Counted from the stretch's first letter, positions 29,027-38,927 are shown. The stretch is DNA of 64,000 bases from Polyangiaceae bacterium (GCA_965222375.1 CBDCTZ010000014.1:1056001-1120000), one strand, 5' to 3'. Made by a program: numbers and translations. The notes: generated from the letters alone by a model not told the origin.

Positions 29027-29199
29027 GACTTCGGGGAGACTACGTCAATCCGCCCGGCCCGCGGAGCGTGTCCTACAATGTGAGGGCCGCGCGCCTGAGG
29101 GCGCTAGGCATCAGGTTGCGGGGCAGCGGCAGCTAGACGTGCTCCTGCACTGTCATCAAAACCTCATGATTTCAGGTGCTTGAGCACCAAATGCCGTCT

Positions 29200-29215
29200 T
29201 GGCCCGACTCTCGCA
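29200..29215 (+). promoter_or_regulatory. Putative sigma54 (-24/-12) promoter
   Basis: TGGCCCG-ACTC-TCGCA: exact GG-N10-GC spacing, 13 nt before the 29229 ATG. Confidence 0.6.
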
Positions 29216-29228
29216 CTAGCGGCGGCCG

Positions 29229-30137
29229 ATGAAGGTGACCCTCTCAGCGTTGATCATGGTGTTGGCTGGCTGGTTCGTTCCAGGACAGCAAGGCGCCCAG
29301 TCCGCCCCCCGCACCCTCCGCGCTGACGTCAGCACCGTGGCCGCCGTCGCTGCCAAGCCCGCCCCGGCCCCTGCCGCTACCCCGGATTCTCCGGCAGTCG
29401 TGCTCAACCGACCCTACAAGAAGGTGCGCCTGCCGGCTGGTTGCAACAACCAACAAAGCTACGACGTCATCCTCCACTTTCACGGCGTTCCGTCGCGTGT
29501 CATGGACGCTTTGGAAAAGACCGACTTGAACGCAGTGCTGGTCGTGACCAACCTGGGCGCTGGCAGCGGTCGCTACGAGAACGTCTTCGCCCAGGACGGA
29601 AGTCTAGCGCGGCTGCTCGAGGGCGTGCAGACGCTGGTGGAGAAGCACTGCGGTGAGCTGACTCGTGGCCGTGTGGCCCTGTCGAGCTGGAGCGCAGGTT
29701 ATGGTGCCGCGTATCGGATCTTGGCTCATCCCGGTGATGCCGCGTTGGTCGACGCCGTGTTGCTGGCGGATGGCTTGCACGCGGGCTACGAGCCGGACGA
29801 TCGCCGCAAGGTCAATGGCGCCCAAATGGAGCCCTTCGCAAAGTTCGCCGCTCGCGCCGCCAAGGGCGACGCCGTCATGGTCATCACGCATTCCTCTATC
29901 GTGACGCCCAAATACGCTTCTACGACCGAAACCGCTGCTCACCTGATCGAGCACGTTGGTGCGGGCGTGTCCAAGCATCCCGCCACGGCCCCGCGCAAGA
30001 TGCAGCAGCTATCGGCTGCGAGCGTCGGAGGCTTTTCGGTGCGCGGTTTTGCTGGCGGTGGCACGGATGCTCACTGCGACCACCTGTTCGCGTTGGACGC
30101 GCTGCTTTTTGCGCCGCTCCAGCAGGCCTGGCAGTAG
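29229..30137 (+). CDS. Secreted alpha/beta-hydrolase-like protein
   Basis: Signal peptide; LHFHG, ALSSWSAGYGA (nucleophile elbow-like), LLADGLH, DAHCDH. Confidence 0.65.
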   Translation: MKVTLSALIMVLAGWFVPGQQGAQSAPRTLRADVSTVAAVAAKPAPAPAATPDSPAVVLNRPYKKVRLPAGCNNQQSYDVILHFHGVPSRVMDALEKTDLNAVLVVTNLGAGSGRYENVFAQDGSLARLLEGVQTLVEKHCGELTRGRVALSSWSAGYGAAYRILAHPGDAALVDAVLLADGLHAGYEPDDRRKVNGAQMEPFAKFAARAAKGDAVMVITHSSIVTPKYASTTETAAHLIEHVGAGVSKHPATAPRKMQQLSAASVGGFSVRGFAGGGTDAHCDHLFALDALLFAPLQQAWQ

Positions 30138-30214
30138 ACACCGCCCGCTTTCCGTCGGTTTGCGCCCCATTTCAGCGGGCGTGATATCCTCGCGCCGCAC
30201 GCGCGGAGGAGCGA

Positions 30215-30991
30215 ATGACGGACGCAGAGTTTCCCAGTCCCGAGGCCACGGATCCCGAGGACGTGGTCTGGGCGCTGCAAACCGCGGGGACGATGTATGC
30301 CCGGGGTGATGTTCGAGAGGCGGTGCGCTGGCTGAGGCGCGGCGCGGAGGCAGCCGGTGAATCCGGTAACGATCTGCGTGCCTTGGCCCTGGCTCGCCGC
30401 GCTGCCGACCTAGCCGCGACTCATCAAGTTCAGCCATCCGTGCCCCCGCCTCCTCCGGCTTCGGATGCAGACCAGACTTCGCGAATGGCCGCCGCCCCGC
30501 CGGTCTCCAATCCGGACAACCCAGCCCTCGTCCCTGCAGATGATGCTGAGGGCGGTGAGAGCGACCTGACTATTCCCGAGGGGCTCAGCGCGGTTCACCG
30601 CTCCTCGCCCCATGCGGCGCCGTCCCCAAGGCGCTCGTCGCCGAGTGCGGCGCCTCCGCTCCCGAGTCGCTCGTCGCCGAGTGCGGCGCCCCCTCCTCCA
30701 TCCCGACGTTCCGCGCCGGCACCCAGCCAACCGGTGGCCAGTCGCCCGCCACCCGCGCCGAGCCAACCGGCCGCATCTGCCCCGAAGCGCTCGGTTCCGA
30801 GTGCAGCGCCCGCGGGAATGCAGGTTCGGTCTCGCCACGCTTGGCGGGTTGCCGTCGAGCCAGCGCAGGACGGCAGCGGTAGCCTATCGGTTCGACCTCT
30901 AGCAGAGGACGAAGCGGTTCCAGATGGTATGCACGAAGCCATGCTGACCGCTGTCGAGCCGGGCGCGCACTTGCTCTCGAAAAAGCGCTAG
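30215..30991 (+). CDS. Hypothetical protein: helical N-domain, Pro/Ser-rich repeats, small C-domain
   Basis: GGAGGA RBS; RSSPSAAPP repeated (36-bp-spaced DNA repeat at 30632/30668). Confidence 0.7.
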   Translation: MTDAEFPSPEATDPEDVVWALQTAGTMYARGDVREAVRWLRRGAEAAGESGNDLRALALARRAADLAATHQVQPSVPPPPPASDADQTSRMAAAPPVSNPDNPALVPADDAEGGESDLTIPEGLSAVHRSSPHAAPSPRRSSPSAAPPLPSRSSPSAAPPPPSRRSAPAPSQPVASRPPPAPSQPAASAPKRSVPSAAPAGMQVRSRHAWRVAVEPAQDGSGSLSVRPLAEDEAVPDGMHEAMLTAVEPGAHLLSKKR

Positions 30992-31003
30992 GCTTCTGCT
31001 CGC

Positions 31004-31960
31004 ATGAACGACGCGCACTCAGCGCAGGACAGCCGGGACGCGGACGCGGCAGCGACCGAACTGGTTGTCGAGCTGATGCAAGTGACCAAACGTTTCGGTG
31101 AACGCGTCGCGTTGGACCGAGTCAGCTTGAGCGTTCACAAAGGCGAAGTCTTTGGCCTGCTTGGTCCCAACGGTGCCGGCAAGACCACCGCCGTGCGGAT
31201 TCTGCTGTCCATCATTGGTGCCGATGACGGGGAAATTCGTCTATTTCAGCGACCGCTTTCCCGCACTCTGCTCGATCGGGTTGGCTACCTGCCCGAGGAA
31301 CGTGGCTTGTACGTCCAACACAGCGTGTTGGATGCCATGACCTATCTAGGGGCGCTCAAAGGGCTGCGCGACGCAGAGTTGAAGGCGCGCGCTCGAGTCT
31401 GGTTGGAGCGAGTCGGCTTGCAAGGCGTAGAGCAGCTGCCTGTGAGCAAGTTGTCGAAAGGCATGAGCCAGAAAGTGCAGTTGGCCGCGACGTTGCAGAG
31501 CGAGCCTGAACTCTGCATTCTGGATGAGCCCTTCACCGGTTTGGATCCCGTCAGTGCCGTGGCGGTTCGGGAAATGATCGATTCTCTACGCCGCTCCGGT
31601 CAAACCGTCATCCTGTCCACCCACCAGATGGCCATGGTCGAGACGCTCTGCGACCGAGTGGCCTTCTTGTTCGAGGGCAGGCTCTTGGAGTACGGCAGCG
31701 TTGCGGATGTGCGTAGGCGCCACTCTCGAGTGGAGGTCCGTGTGGGCGCGCCAAGTCTCCCGGTATCGATCCCCGAGACTAGAGTCGAGCGTGACGGCGA
31801 AGACCTGTTTCGGATCGCATTGGAGCCGGGTGAGAGCCCTGCTCAGTTGCTGCAGCAGTTGGTGACAGCTGGGACTGAGGTGACTCGCTTCGAACCGGTT
31901 CTCGCGTCCATGGAAGAGATCTTCATTCGTGTAGCGGGCGATAGCGAGGCGCGAGCGTGA
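31004..31960 (+). CDS. ABC-2 type exporter ATP-binding protein (NatA/YhaQ-like)
   Basis: GPNGAGKTT, GYLPEERGLY, LSKGMSQK, ILDEPFTGLDP, STH, SMEEIFI. Confidence 0.93.
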   Translation: MNDAHSAQDSRDADAAATELVVELMQVTKRFGERVALDRVSLSVHKGEVFGLLGPNGAGKTTAVRILLSIIGADDGEIRLFQRPLSRTLLDRVGYLPEERGLYVQHSVLDAMTYLGALKGLRDAELKARARVWLERVGLQGVEQLPVSKLSKGMSQKVQLAATLQSEPELCILDEPFTGLDPVSAVAVREMIDSLRRSGQTVILSTHQMAMVETLCDRVAFLFEGRLLEYGSVADVRRRHSRVEVRVGAPSLPVSIPETRVERDGEDLFRIALEPGESPAQLLQQLVTAGTEVTRFEPVLASMEEIFIRVAGDSEARA

Positions 31961-33210
31961 GGCGACGAAAGGTATTCGTCATCGCGCGCTTCGAGCTGCG
32001 CAGCACGGTGCGCCGCTTGGGGTTCATGATTGTCACTTTTGGCATGCCGCTTTTCGTGTTGCTCTACGGCGGACTGGCGGCCATCCCGACGTACTTTGTG
32101 GCGCAACAGGCGCTGTCGGAGAAAAGCTTCGGTCTGGTTGACCCGCAGGGTGTCTTGGGAGTTGCGTCAGGGGATATGCTTGAAGTGCCCAGAGGGCAGT
32201 TCGAGGTTTTCGAGGACGAGCAAAGCGCCCGCGCCGCTCTCTCCGCGCGCCGTGATATGGCGGCGTATTACGTTCTACCCCCCGACTACGTCACCACGGG
32301 TAAGGTGGAGGGTTACGCCCTCGCCAAGGGTCCCTTCGGGGCCTGGGATGGTCGACTCGAGCTGGCCCGAGCGATTCGACAACGCCTGCTCGAACGCACG
32401 CCGAATTCCGAATTGAATCCACGCATTCTGTCTCCCATCAAGAAACGTGAGTCCTTTCGAGTGGAGACGGATGGCAGCCGGGTGCCGGAGCGTCGCGAAG
32501 CACGGGTGGGCAGGTTGATCCTGCCGATTGGCTTCGTTTTCCTGCTGTTTTCGTCGGTGTTGATGAGTGGTGGCTACTTGCTCACGGCCTTGGCAACTGA
32601 GAAAGCAAATAAGGCGGTGGACGTGCTCCTGGCGTCCGCGAGCAGCGACGAGATCATGGCGGGCAAGCTGCTTGGGTTGGGCACGGCGGGTCTGATTCAG
32701 GTTGCGGTCTGGGTTTTTATGACGCTGGGCGCTCGCCTACTGTTCTTGAACGCCTTGGAATCCTTCGACGTGCGTGTGCCCTGGCAGGCTGTCGTGCTTT
32801 CGCCCCTATTGTTCATCTTGGCCTATGCCTTTTTGGGCAGCCTGATGCTTGGCACGGGCTCTCTCGGCACTAATGTGAAAGAGAGCCATCAGCTGGGCAT
32901 GGTCTGGGCTTTGTTGGCCACGGTGCCCCTGGTCTTCTTGCCCGTAATGCTCAGCGCACCCCATGGAGCGGTGGCGAAGGTCTTGACATTCATTCCCTTC
33001 TCCGCGCCCGCCGCCGTCGTGTTCCGGATCTCGATGGACCCCGCCGGCATGCCCCTGTGGGAAATACTGGCTGCAGTGGTCGTGATGCTCGGCTTCACTT
33101 GGCTTGCGCTCAGGATCAGTGCGCGCTTGTTCCGCGTCGGACTGCTGCTAGGCGCCACGCGCCCTGGCTTGCTGCAGCTGTTTTCCAGCGCGGCGGCGTT
33201 GGAGCGCTGA
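31957..33210 (+). CDS. ABC-2 type permease (NatB/YhaP-like)
   Basis: One N-terminal and several C-terminal TM helices; TEKANKAVDVLL...IMAGKLLG; FIPFSAP. Confidence 0.9.
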   Translation: MRRRKVFVIARFELRSTVRRLGFMIVTFGMPLFVLLYGGLAAIPTYFVAQQALSEKSFGLVDPQGVLGVASGDMLEVPRGQFEVFEDEQSARAALSARRDMAAYYVLPPDYVTTGKVEGYALAKGPFGAWDGRLELARAIRQRLLERTPNSELNPRILSPIKKRESFRVETDGSRVPERREARVGRLILPIGFVFLLFSSVLMSGGYLLTALATEKANKAVDVLLASASSDEIMAGKLLGLGTAGLIQVAVWVFMTLGARLLFLNALESFDVRVPWQAVVLSPLLFILAYAFLGSLMLGTGSLGTNVKESHQLGMVWALLATVPLVFLPVMLSAPHGAVAKVLTFIPFSAPAAVVFRISMDPAGMPLWEILAAVVVMLGFTWLALRISARLFRVGLLLGATRPGLLQLFSSAAALER

Positions 33211-33327
33211 GGGGCCCATCAGCCGGCCACCCGCGTCCGCAAGTTAACGCACGTAACGGTTGGTAACTATTGAAGTATTTCCTTCAGCTCGCGCCGCCCA
33301 CCGAGGCCGCTATGCTCCGAGCCGACA

Positions 33328-35313
33328 ATGCTGCGCTTGCCCCCGGAGGACGATCAGCTCCGCTCCCTCGAGGGGCTAGTTGTGCGTTCTGGTGCCCAGC
33401 CAGACGCAGCGTACCGCCTGGAACGCGTGATCGGCGCAGGCAGCTACGCGGTGGCGTTCCTCGCACTGCGACTGGCGGCCGGCGGTGAGTCCCCGGCAGT
33501 GATCAAAGTCGTTCGCCCCAGTCTGATGCGCCGCTCGTCGGAGATGGCTCAGCTCACGGCGCAGAAAGAAATTGTCGCCCTGTCACGCTTGAACGAGCGC
33601 GTGCCACCGACGCCCTTCGTGGTCCGCCTGCTGGATCACGACTACATCGACGTGGAACAAGCCAGCATGCACTTCCGCCTGCCATGGCTCGCCCTCGAGT
33701 ACGTACATGGCGGTGCCGAGGGGACGACCCTCGAGGAACGCATCGATTTTTCAGTCGAGCAGACGGGCTATGCCTTTGATCCGGCTCGTGCGGCGCTTGC
33801 CATCACTTGCCTAGCCAATGGCCTCGAAGCGATTCACGAAGTCGGCGTCATGCATAGGGACCTGTCTCCCCACAACGTGCTGTGCTGTGGCTTCGGCAAC
33901 GGCGAGATCTTCAAGATCGCCGACTTTGGCATTGCTCGCCCTTTTGGCGACGTTGGCACCTTCATCGGGTTGCCCGGAGGCACCCCAGGCTACACCTCGC
34001 CGGAGCAGGTTCGCCGCGGCGGTGCGCCAGCCGGAACCGAGAGCGACATCTTCAGCTTCGCTGCCATCGCCTACAAGGTGCTCACCGGCGAGGAACTGTT
34101 TCAGGCCAAGAGCACCGTGGATACGGCGCTGCTTGCGCACGAACAGAAACGACGACGCATCGCCGAGTGCAAGGGGTTGTGTCCCGAGTTGCGTGGGCGG
34201 GCCGCAGAGTGCGCAATCATCGATCGCATCCTGGCGCGAGCCACGGCCCCGGACCCACGACACCGGCCGCCTACGGCTTGGGAGATGGCCGCGGGCGTCT
34301 TACGCGCATTGCGCCCGCAGAACAGGCGTTCGAAACCGCCGCGCCGTCGCTTGGAGAGCATCACCGACTACTCCGCGCCGCGCCGATTCGGTTGGAGTTG
34401 GCATGTGCGGCATCAACCGGGCGAAAAACGCGTACTGCGGAATGTGGCCTGGGACGGAGACGGGCGTTGCCTCGCCGCGGCCAGCCGGGGCCTAGCGTTT
34501 TGGAACGGCACGGCTTGGGGAGACGCACCGGTCAAAGGTTTTCCTCACCCTTACGGCGTCCGCTTTGCGGAGCGCGTGGATGCGGGGCTGTATTGGGTTG
34601 GAGGCGATGGCGCCACCATCGCCCATTACTCTCCGGAGGGCTTTTCGAGCATCCTGCGTGCCGAGGACGGCAGTGTGTCCTTCACCCATGCCAGTGGTGA
34701 GCTCGACGACCTGGCCGTGTTGGTTGGAGTTCGCGCCGGTGAACCTCCGCTCTTGTTCGCGCTCACGGCGCGGCGTTGGATGAAGCCTGCTCAGCTGAGC
34801 CCCGCGAAGACCGTCACTGCCATTGCTCGTCTGGAAGACGAGCGATGGTTGATCAGCGGACGCTCCGCTGCAGGCTCGGGTTTCGCCGCTATCTACTCCC
34901 CGCTGATGCTGGAGGTGGAGCGACTCACTTCCGACGCTACGGATCTGTATTCGAGTTGTGCTGCTCAACCGGATCTATCCTTGGGTGCGGCAGTCGGCTC
35001 CGCCGGAAGCGTGCTGGTTGTCGAAAAGGGCAAACCCAAACGGCTCACGGTCCCGGGAGGTCCGGAGCTTCGCGCCGTCGCCATCGATCCGACGGGTCGT
35101 GTGTGTGTTGCAGGCGCCGGCCAGATCTGGCTGTACGATGCTGCTCAGGCACCACCGTGGTCCAAAGTCTGGGAAGACCCCGAGTGGAAGGTGCCGTTTT
35201 TGAGTATTTTCGCGGACGTTGGCCGCATCGTCGCCACCACCGTTGACGGCGGCATCGTGGAAGGGCGCTGGGAGCCCGCTGTGACGACGCTGGGGTCTGC
35301 GGACATCATCTGA
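33328..35313 (+). CDS. Cytoplasmic Ser/Thr kinase with C-terminal beta-propeller-like repeats (paralog of 21529..23478)
   Basis: GAGSYA, VIK, HRDLSPHNV, DFG, GTPGYTSPEQ; shares RLNERxPPxPFVVRLLD, EYVHGG.EG.TL, AWDxDGRCLAA and ADVGR blocks. Confidence 0.88.
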   Translation: MLRLPPEDDQLRSLEGLVVRSGAQPDAAYRLERVIGAGSYAVAFLALRLAAGGESPAVIKVVRPSLMRRSSEMAQLTAQKEIVALSRLNERVPPTPFVVRLLDHDYIDVEQASMHFRLPWLALEYVHGGAEGTTLEERIDFSVEQTGYAFDPARAALAITCLANGLEAIHEVGVMHRDLSPHNVLCCGFGNGEIFKIADFGIARPFGDVGTFIGLPGGTPGYTSPEQVRRGGAPAGTESDIFSFAAIAYKVLTGEELFQAKSTVDTALLAHEQKRRRIAECKGLCPELRGRAAECAIIDRILARATAPDPRHRPPTAWEMAAGVLRALRPQNRRSKPPRRRLESITDYSAPRRFGWSWHVRHQPGEKRVLRNVAWDGDGRCLAAASRGLAFWNGTAWGDAPVKGFPHPYGVRFAERVDAGLYWVGGDGATIAHYSPEGFSSILRAEDGSVSFTHASGELDDLAVLVGVRAGEPPLLFALTARRWMKPAQLSPAKTVTAIARLEDERWLISGRSAAGSGFAAIYSPLMLEVERLTSDATDLYSSCAAQPDLSLGAAVGSAGSVLVVEKGKPKRLTVPGGPELRAVAIDPTGRVCVAGAGQIWLYDAAQAPPWSKVWEDPEWKVPFLSIFADVGRIVATTVDGGIVEGRWEPAVTTLGSADII

Positions 35314-35408
35314 GTTCAGCGCCGCGACACGGATCCGGTTCCGGAGCTCTGGAGTTACTCGCTATCGCGTGGCTCGACAGGCATCGCGAGGGGCGATAGC
35401 GTTCGCCG

Positions 35409-35936
35409 GTGACCAGCGCGCCGCCCACCGCCGAGAAGAAGTCCAATACCCTGAAGATCGTCTTGATTGGAGTCGCCGTCGTCTTCGTGCTGATCATCGG
35501 CATCGTCGGCGTGCTCGCCGCCGTCGGCATCTTCGGCGCACGCAGCTACATTTCCAAAGCAAAGGCATCCGAGGGAAAAGCGGGTGTGTCCCAGCTGGCC
35601 CGGGGCATTGCCTCCTGCGCCGAGAAAGAGACGGTGGACGGGCCAGTCGGCCTGCCTGAGTCGACGCCCTGGGTGCCCGCCCGCTCGTCGGACATCAGCG
35701 GCAAGAAGTATCAGAGCGCGCCCACGGATTGGAATCAGCCAGGCTTCAGCTGTGCACGCTTCTCCATGATGATGCCCCAGTACTTCCAGTACCGTTGGGA
35801 GCGTGACAGCAAGAACTCAGGGCGGGCCCGGGCCCAGGCAGACTTCGACGGCGACGGCGTGCTCGAGGTGAAGCTGGAGGCCAAGGTCACCTGCAGCGCC
35901 GGCGTTTGCATGCCAGATCACGTCAAAGAACTGTGA
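35409..35936 (+). CDS. Type IV pilin-like membrane protein lacking a prepilin cleavage site
   Basis: GVLAAVGIFGARSYISKAKASEGK pilin-like alpha1 segment, PQYFQY, ADFDGDG; no G|FTLIE motif. Confidence 0.65.
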   Translation: MTSAPPTAEKKSNTLKIVLIGVAVVFVLIIGIVGVLAAVGIFGARSYISKAKASEGKAGVSQLARGIASCAEKETVDGPVGLPESTPWVPARSSDISGKKYQSAPTDWNQPGFSCARFSMMMPQYFQYRWERDSKNSGRARAQADFDGDGVLEVKLEAKVTCSAGVCMPDHVKEL

Positions 35937-35961
35937 CGAAGCTTTGCGCGGCGTCGTGGCG

Positions 35962-36768
35962 TTAGTCCGCGCAGAGAGGATCCCCGGGATCGCAAGCTGA
36001 CGGCGGCGGTTCGGGCGGTGTCGTCGGCGTTGGGGGCTCTGTGCTCGGCCGGGTCACAGGGGTTCCTGCCAGGTAGGCTTCTGCAAAGCCAGGAGGAGGC
36101 GCTTGGGCTGCCCGGGCTGCGTCAGCCAGCACGTCCAGCTTCCGGGTCGTTTCGCGGGAGAGCTGCAGCGGATATTCGACGTAGATGGTCTGGCGATTCG
36201 GATTGGGAAAGGTGAGCTCAAAGAACGCTTGCAACACGCAGCGCCGCACCTCGCGGTCTGGCAGGGTTGCCATGCTTTCCCTTGCGCGCCAGACTTGACC
36301 ATCGGCACCGATCGCAAACTGAACTACGACCCGACCCGCCAGAGCGCGATTGCGACGCACGCCTTCCTGGTAGCACCTGCGGAACTTCCCCGACTGATGG
36401 CGCACCACCCGACGAATCGCATTGGGCGGTAGCCGGAAGTGGTCCGTGCGGGGCCGTTTGGACAAGCGTGGCCTCCTTTCGCGCTGCAGTGGCGGGATCG
36501 GTGCCAGGGCATTACCGTTTCTCGCATCGTCGAGCGCCTCGGGACCCATCAGGCTGCTGGGTCCGGCCTCGATGCGCTTTTCGATCGCGGCGTGGAGTGC
36601 CGCCCGTGCTGCGTTGGTTTCGCCGGCAGCCTCGGGCGCCGCTCCCGCGACGGGTGTGCGCGCTTTGGCTACATGCGCGACCACCGCACTTTTCGGGCTG
36701 GCCGCACAGGCCGGGGTGAGTACGCCAAACAGCAGCAGCATGGACCAGGGGCCCGATCGCCAGGACAT
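35962..36768 (-). CDS. AgmX/PglI C-terminal domain-containing (lipo)protein
   Basis: IRRVVR..FRRCYQEG..LAGRVVVQFAIGADG..VRRCV..F.ELTFP; tail CDPGDPLC; start uncertain (36768 or 36741). Confidence 0.75.
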   Translation of the reverse strand: MSWRSGPWSMLLLFGVLTPACAASPKSAVVAHVAKARTPVAGAAPEAAGETNAARAALHAAIEKRIEAGPSSLMGPEALDDARNGNALAPIPPLQRERRPRLSKRPRTDHFRLPPNAIRRVVRHQSGKFRRCYQEGVRRNRALAGRVVVQFAIGADGQVWRARESMATLPDREVRRCVLQAFFELTFPNPNRQTIYVEYPLQLSRETTRKLDVLADAARAAQAPPPGFAEAYLAGTPVTRPSTEPPTPTTPPEPPPSACDPGDPLCAD

Positions 36769-36899
36769 GCCGGAGTTCGACAGCTGACGGAGGGGCGAGT
36801 TCCCAAGTCGGATGAGTGCGGCGGCTCTCGACGCTCTGGCCGCCAATTTCGGTCATCGAGACATGGCTGCGATGGCCGGATCGTGGCATGCGGTGGTGC

Positions 36900-38204
36900 A
36901 TGAAGTTGCTTCTCGCCGCGGTGCTGACGACATCGATTGTGGCTTTTGGCATGGGTGCTTGTTCCTCGGCCGATGGGGGAGGAAGCAACACCGGCGGCAC
37001 GGTTGGCACCGGTGGTTCGGCAACTGACGGCAGCGCCGGGACGGGCGGAAGCATCGGCCTGGATGGCAGCGTCGGAGACGGGTCCAAACCGCCGGCGGTG
37101 GCGCAGCTCAAAGGCAAGGTCGTAGCGCCTCAGGGCACGATGCCGATCTCCGGCGCGCTGGTCTACTTGGGGCCTGCGGATCCGATCCCCGACGGTGTGT
37201 ACTGCGATCGTTGCGTGGAGCTGCCGTCGGGTGTGCCGTTCACGTTCACCAACCCGGACGGCAGCTTCGACTTGGGCGCTTACACGACCGGCAAGCAAGA
37301 CTTGGTCGTTCAAAAGGGTCAGTTCCGACGCATCCGATCCTTCGACGTCGTTGCTGGTGATCAGAACGTTCCCATCGAGCTCACCACACTGCCCAAGAAA
37401 ACGGATGCTGCTGAAGGGGACAACATTCCTAAGATGGCCGTCGTCCAGGGCGCCTGGGATGCTTTGGAAATCACCCTCGCGAAGCTCGGACTGGCGGAAC
37501 TAGAGCCCGGCTTCATTCTGGGCAGCCAAGTGAAGGCCGGTACGGCGAACTTCACGATGATAAACGACCGCAATTCCTTTCTTTCGAACTCTGCGGAGCT
37601 GGCCAAGTACCACATCGTCTTCATCCCCTGTCACAACAACAGCGGAGGCACGACCTGCGACGACACAACCTCTGCAGACCCCACCATTCAGAAGAATCTT
37701 CAAGACTTCGTTGCCGCCGGGGGCAAGCTCTACGTCACAGACTACTCCTATGACTACTTGGTCCAGCCCTTCCCGGACTACGTGAACTGGGTGGACCAGA
37801 GCGGTCAAATCGGTTCGGCCTGTCAGAGCAATCCCTACGACGCCCCGGCCACGGTCAAGGACCCGTCCATGAAGGCCTGGCTTGCGGCTTTGGGTGTAAC
37901 CTCCTTTGAAGTCAAGGACAGCTGGACCATCATCGACAAGGTGAGCCCCGTGCAGACTACGGATCTCGATGGCAATCCGGTGACGGTCACCCCCAAGATT
38001 TGGGTGGAGGGCGCTGTCCCGAATGTTGGCACCAAGCCAACCACGGTGAGCTTCGTGCGATCCTGTGGACGTGTGCTGTTCAGCACGTACCACACCGAAT
38101 CCGGCAACGAACCGCCGAGTGCGCCACTGCTTCCTCAGGAAGCCGCCCTGCTCTACGTACTGCTCGAAGTGGGCGTGTGCGTGACACCCACCGTGCCGCG
38201 CTGA
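36900..38204 (+). CDS. Lipoprotein: Gly-rich linker, carboxypeptidase-regulatory-like domain, GATase-like C-domain
   Basis: FGMGAC lipobox; LKGKVVAP..PISGALVY; VQKGQFRR; YHIVFIPC; AGGKLYVTDYSY; GRVLFSTYHT. Confidence 0.75.
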   Translation: MKLLLAAVLTTSIVAFGMGACSSADGGGSNTGGTVGTGGSATDGSAGTGGSIGLDGSVGDGSKPPAVAQLKGKVVAPQGTMPISGALVYLGPADPIPDGVYCDRCVELPSGVPFTFTNPDGSFDLGAYTTGKQDLVVQKGQFRRIRSFDVVAGDQNVPIELTTLPKKTDAAEGDNIPKMAVVQGAWDALEITLAKLGLAELEPGFILGSQVKAGTANFTMINDRNSFLSNSAELAKYHIVFIPCHNNSGGTTCDDTTSADPTIQKNLQDFVAAGGKLYVTDYSYDYLVQPFPDYVNWVDQSGQIGSACQSNPYDAPATVKDPSMKAWLAALGVTSFEVKDSWTIIDKVSPVQTTDLDGNPVTVTPKIWVEGAVPNVGTKPTTVSFVRSCGRVLFSTYHTESGNEPPSAPLLPQEAALLYVLLEVGVCVTPTVPR

Positions 38205-38252
38205 GTTCCTCGACCGACGCTGGAGTCAGCTACGCGCCGCCCGGCTTCGGGT

Positions 38253-38927
38253 TCACGGGGTGAAAGCGTCGCCATCCACGACGCTGCTGCTGAAGCTGCC
38301 ATCCACCGTCGCGGGGCAGCTGGCTCCACCCACTGCGCTGAGTCCAGTGAACTGGAACGTGCCCGCCGCGACCCCACCGATCCCGTCGTACTTGGAGAGC
38401 GTTACAGAGCCGCCACTGGCGAGGCACTGGCCGCTAGCCTGCTTCCAAATCACCGCGGACTCCATGGCGCCAATGCCATACGCATAGGTGCCCGTCGTGA
38501 CGCCGTTCAGGTTGATCGACACGAAGCTCCCGAACTTCTTGGCGCCAGCGTCCCAGTCCATGTGTAGCAACACGTTGATACCGGGCGACCCGGACCCGGC
38601 AAGGTCCGTGTACGCCGCTGCCATGACCTGCGGATCGCACGCGCTTGGATCTGTCGTGCTTTGAGTCTCGTTGTAGGTGGTGCCTGCCCAGGTCATGGTG
38701 TCGCTTGCGAGGCAGTTGCTCGTCCCGCCGCCCTGGCCACCGCTAGACGCCCCAGCGCTGCCAGCGGATCCACCTGTCGCGCTGCCAGCGCTCCCCCCAG
38801 TCCCACTTCCTGCGCTCCCGCCGGTTGCACCAGCGTCTGTGCCGCCCGTCCCCGCACTTGTCCCGTCGTCGTCGCTGCCGCACGCCACGACAGCCGCCAG
38901 ACCTAATAGCAACATCCCTCGTTTCAT
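38253..38927 (-). CDS. Hypothetical lipoprotein with Gly/Ser/Thr linker and beta-rich domain
   Basis: AVVAC-GSDDD; GGSAGS repeats; SGGSVTLSKY..AGTFQF. Confidence 0.75.
   Translation of the reverse strand: MKRGMLLLGLAAVVACGSDDDGTSAGTGGTDAGATGGSAGSGTGGSAGSATGGSAGSAGASSGGQGGGTSNCLASDTMTWAGTTYNETQSTTDPSACDPQVMAAAYTDLAGSGSPGINVLLHMDWDAGAKKFGSFVSINLNGVTTGTYAYGIGAMESAVIWKQASGQCLASGGSVTLSKYDGIGGVAAGTFQFTGLSAVGGASCPATVDGSFSSSVVDGDAFTP

Noticed and set aside
36884..36900. Sigma54 promoter TGGCATG...TGCA before the 36900 lipoprotein
   Set aside because: GG-to-GC spacing is 11 rather than 10 and it abuts the start codon.
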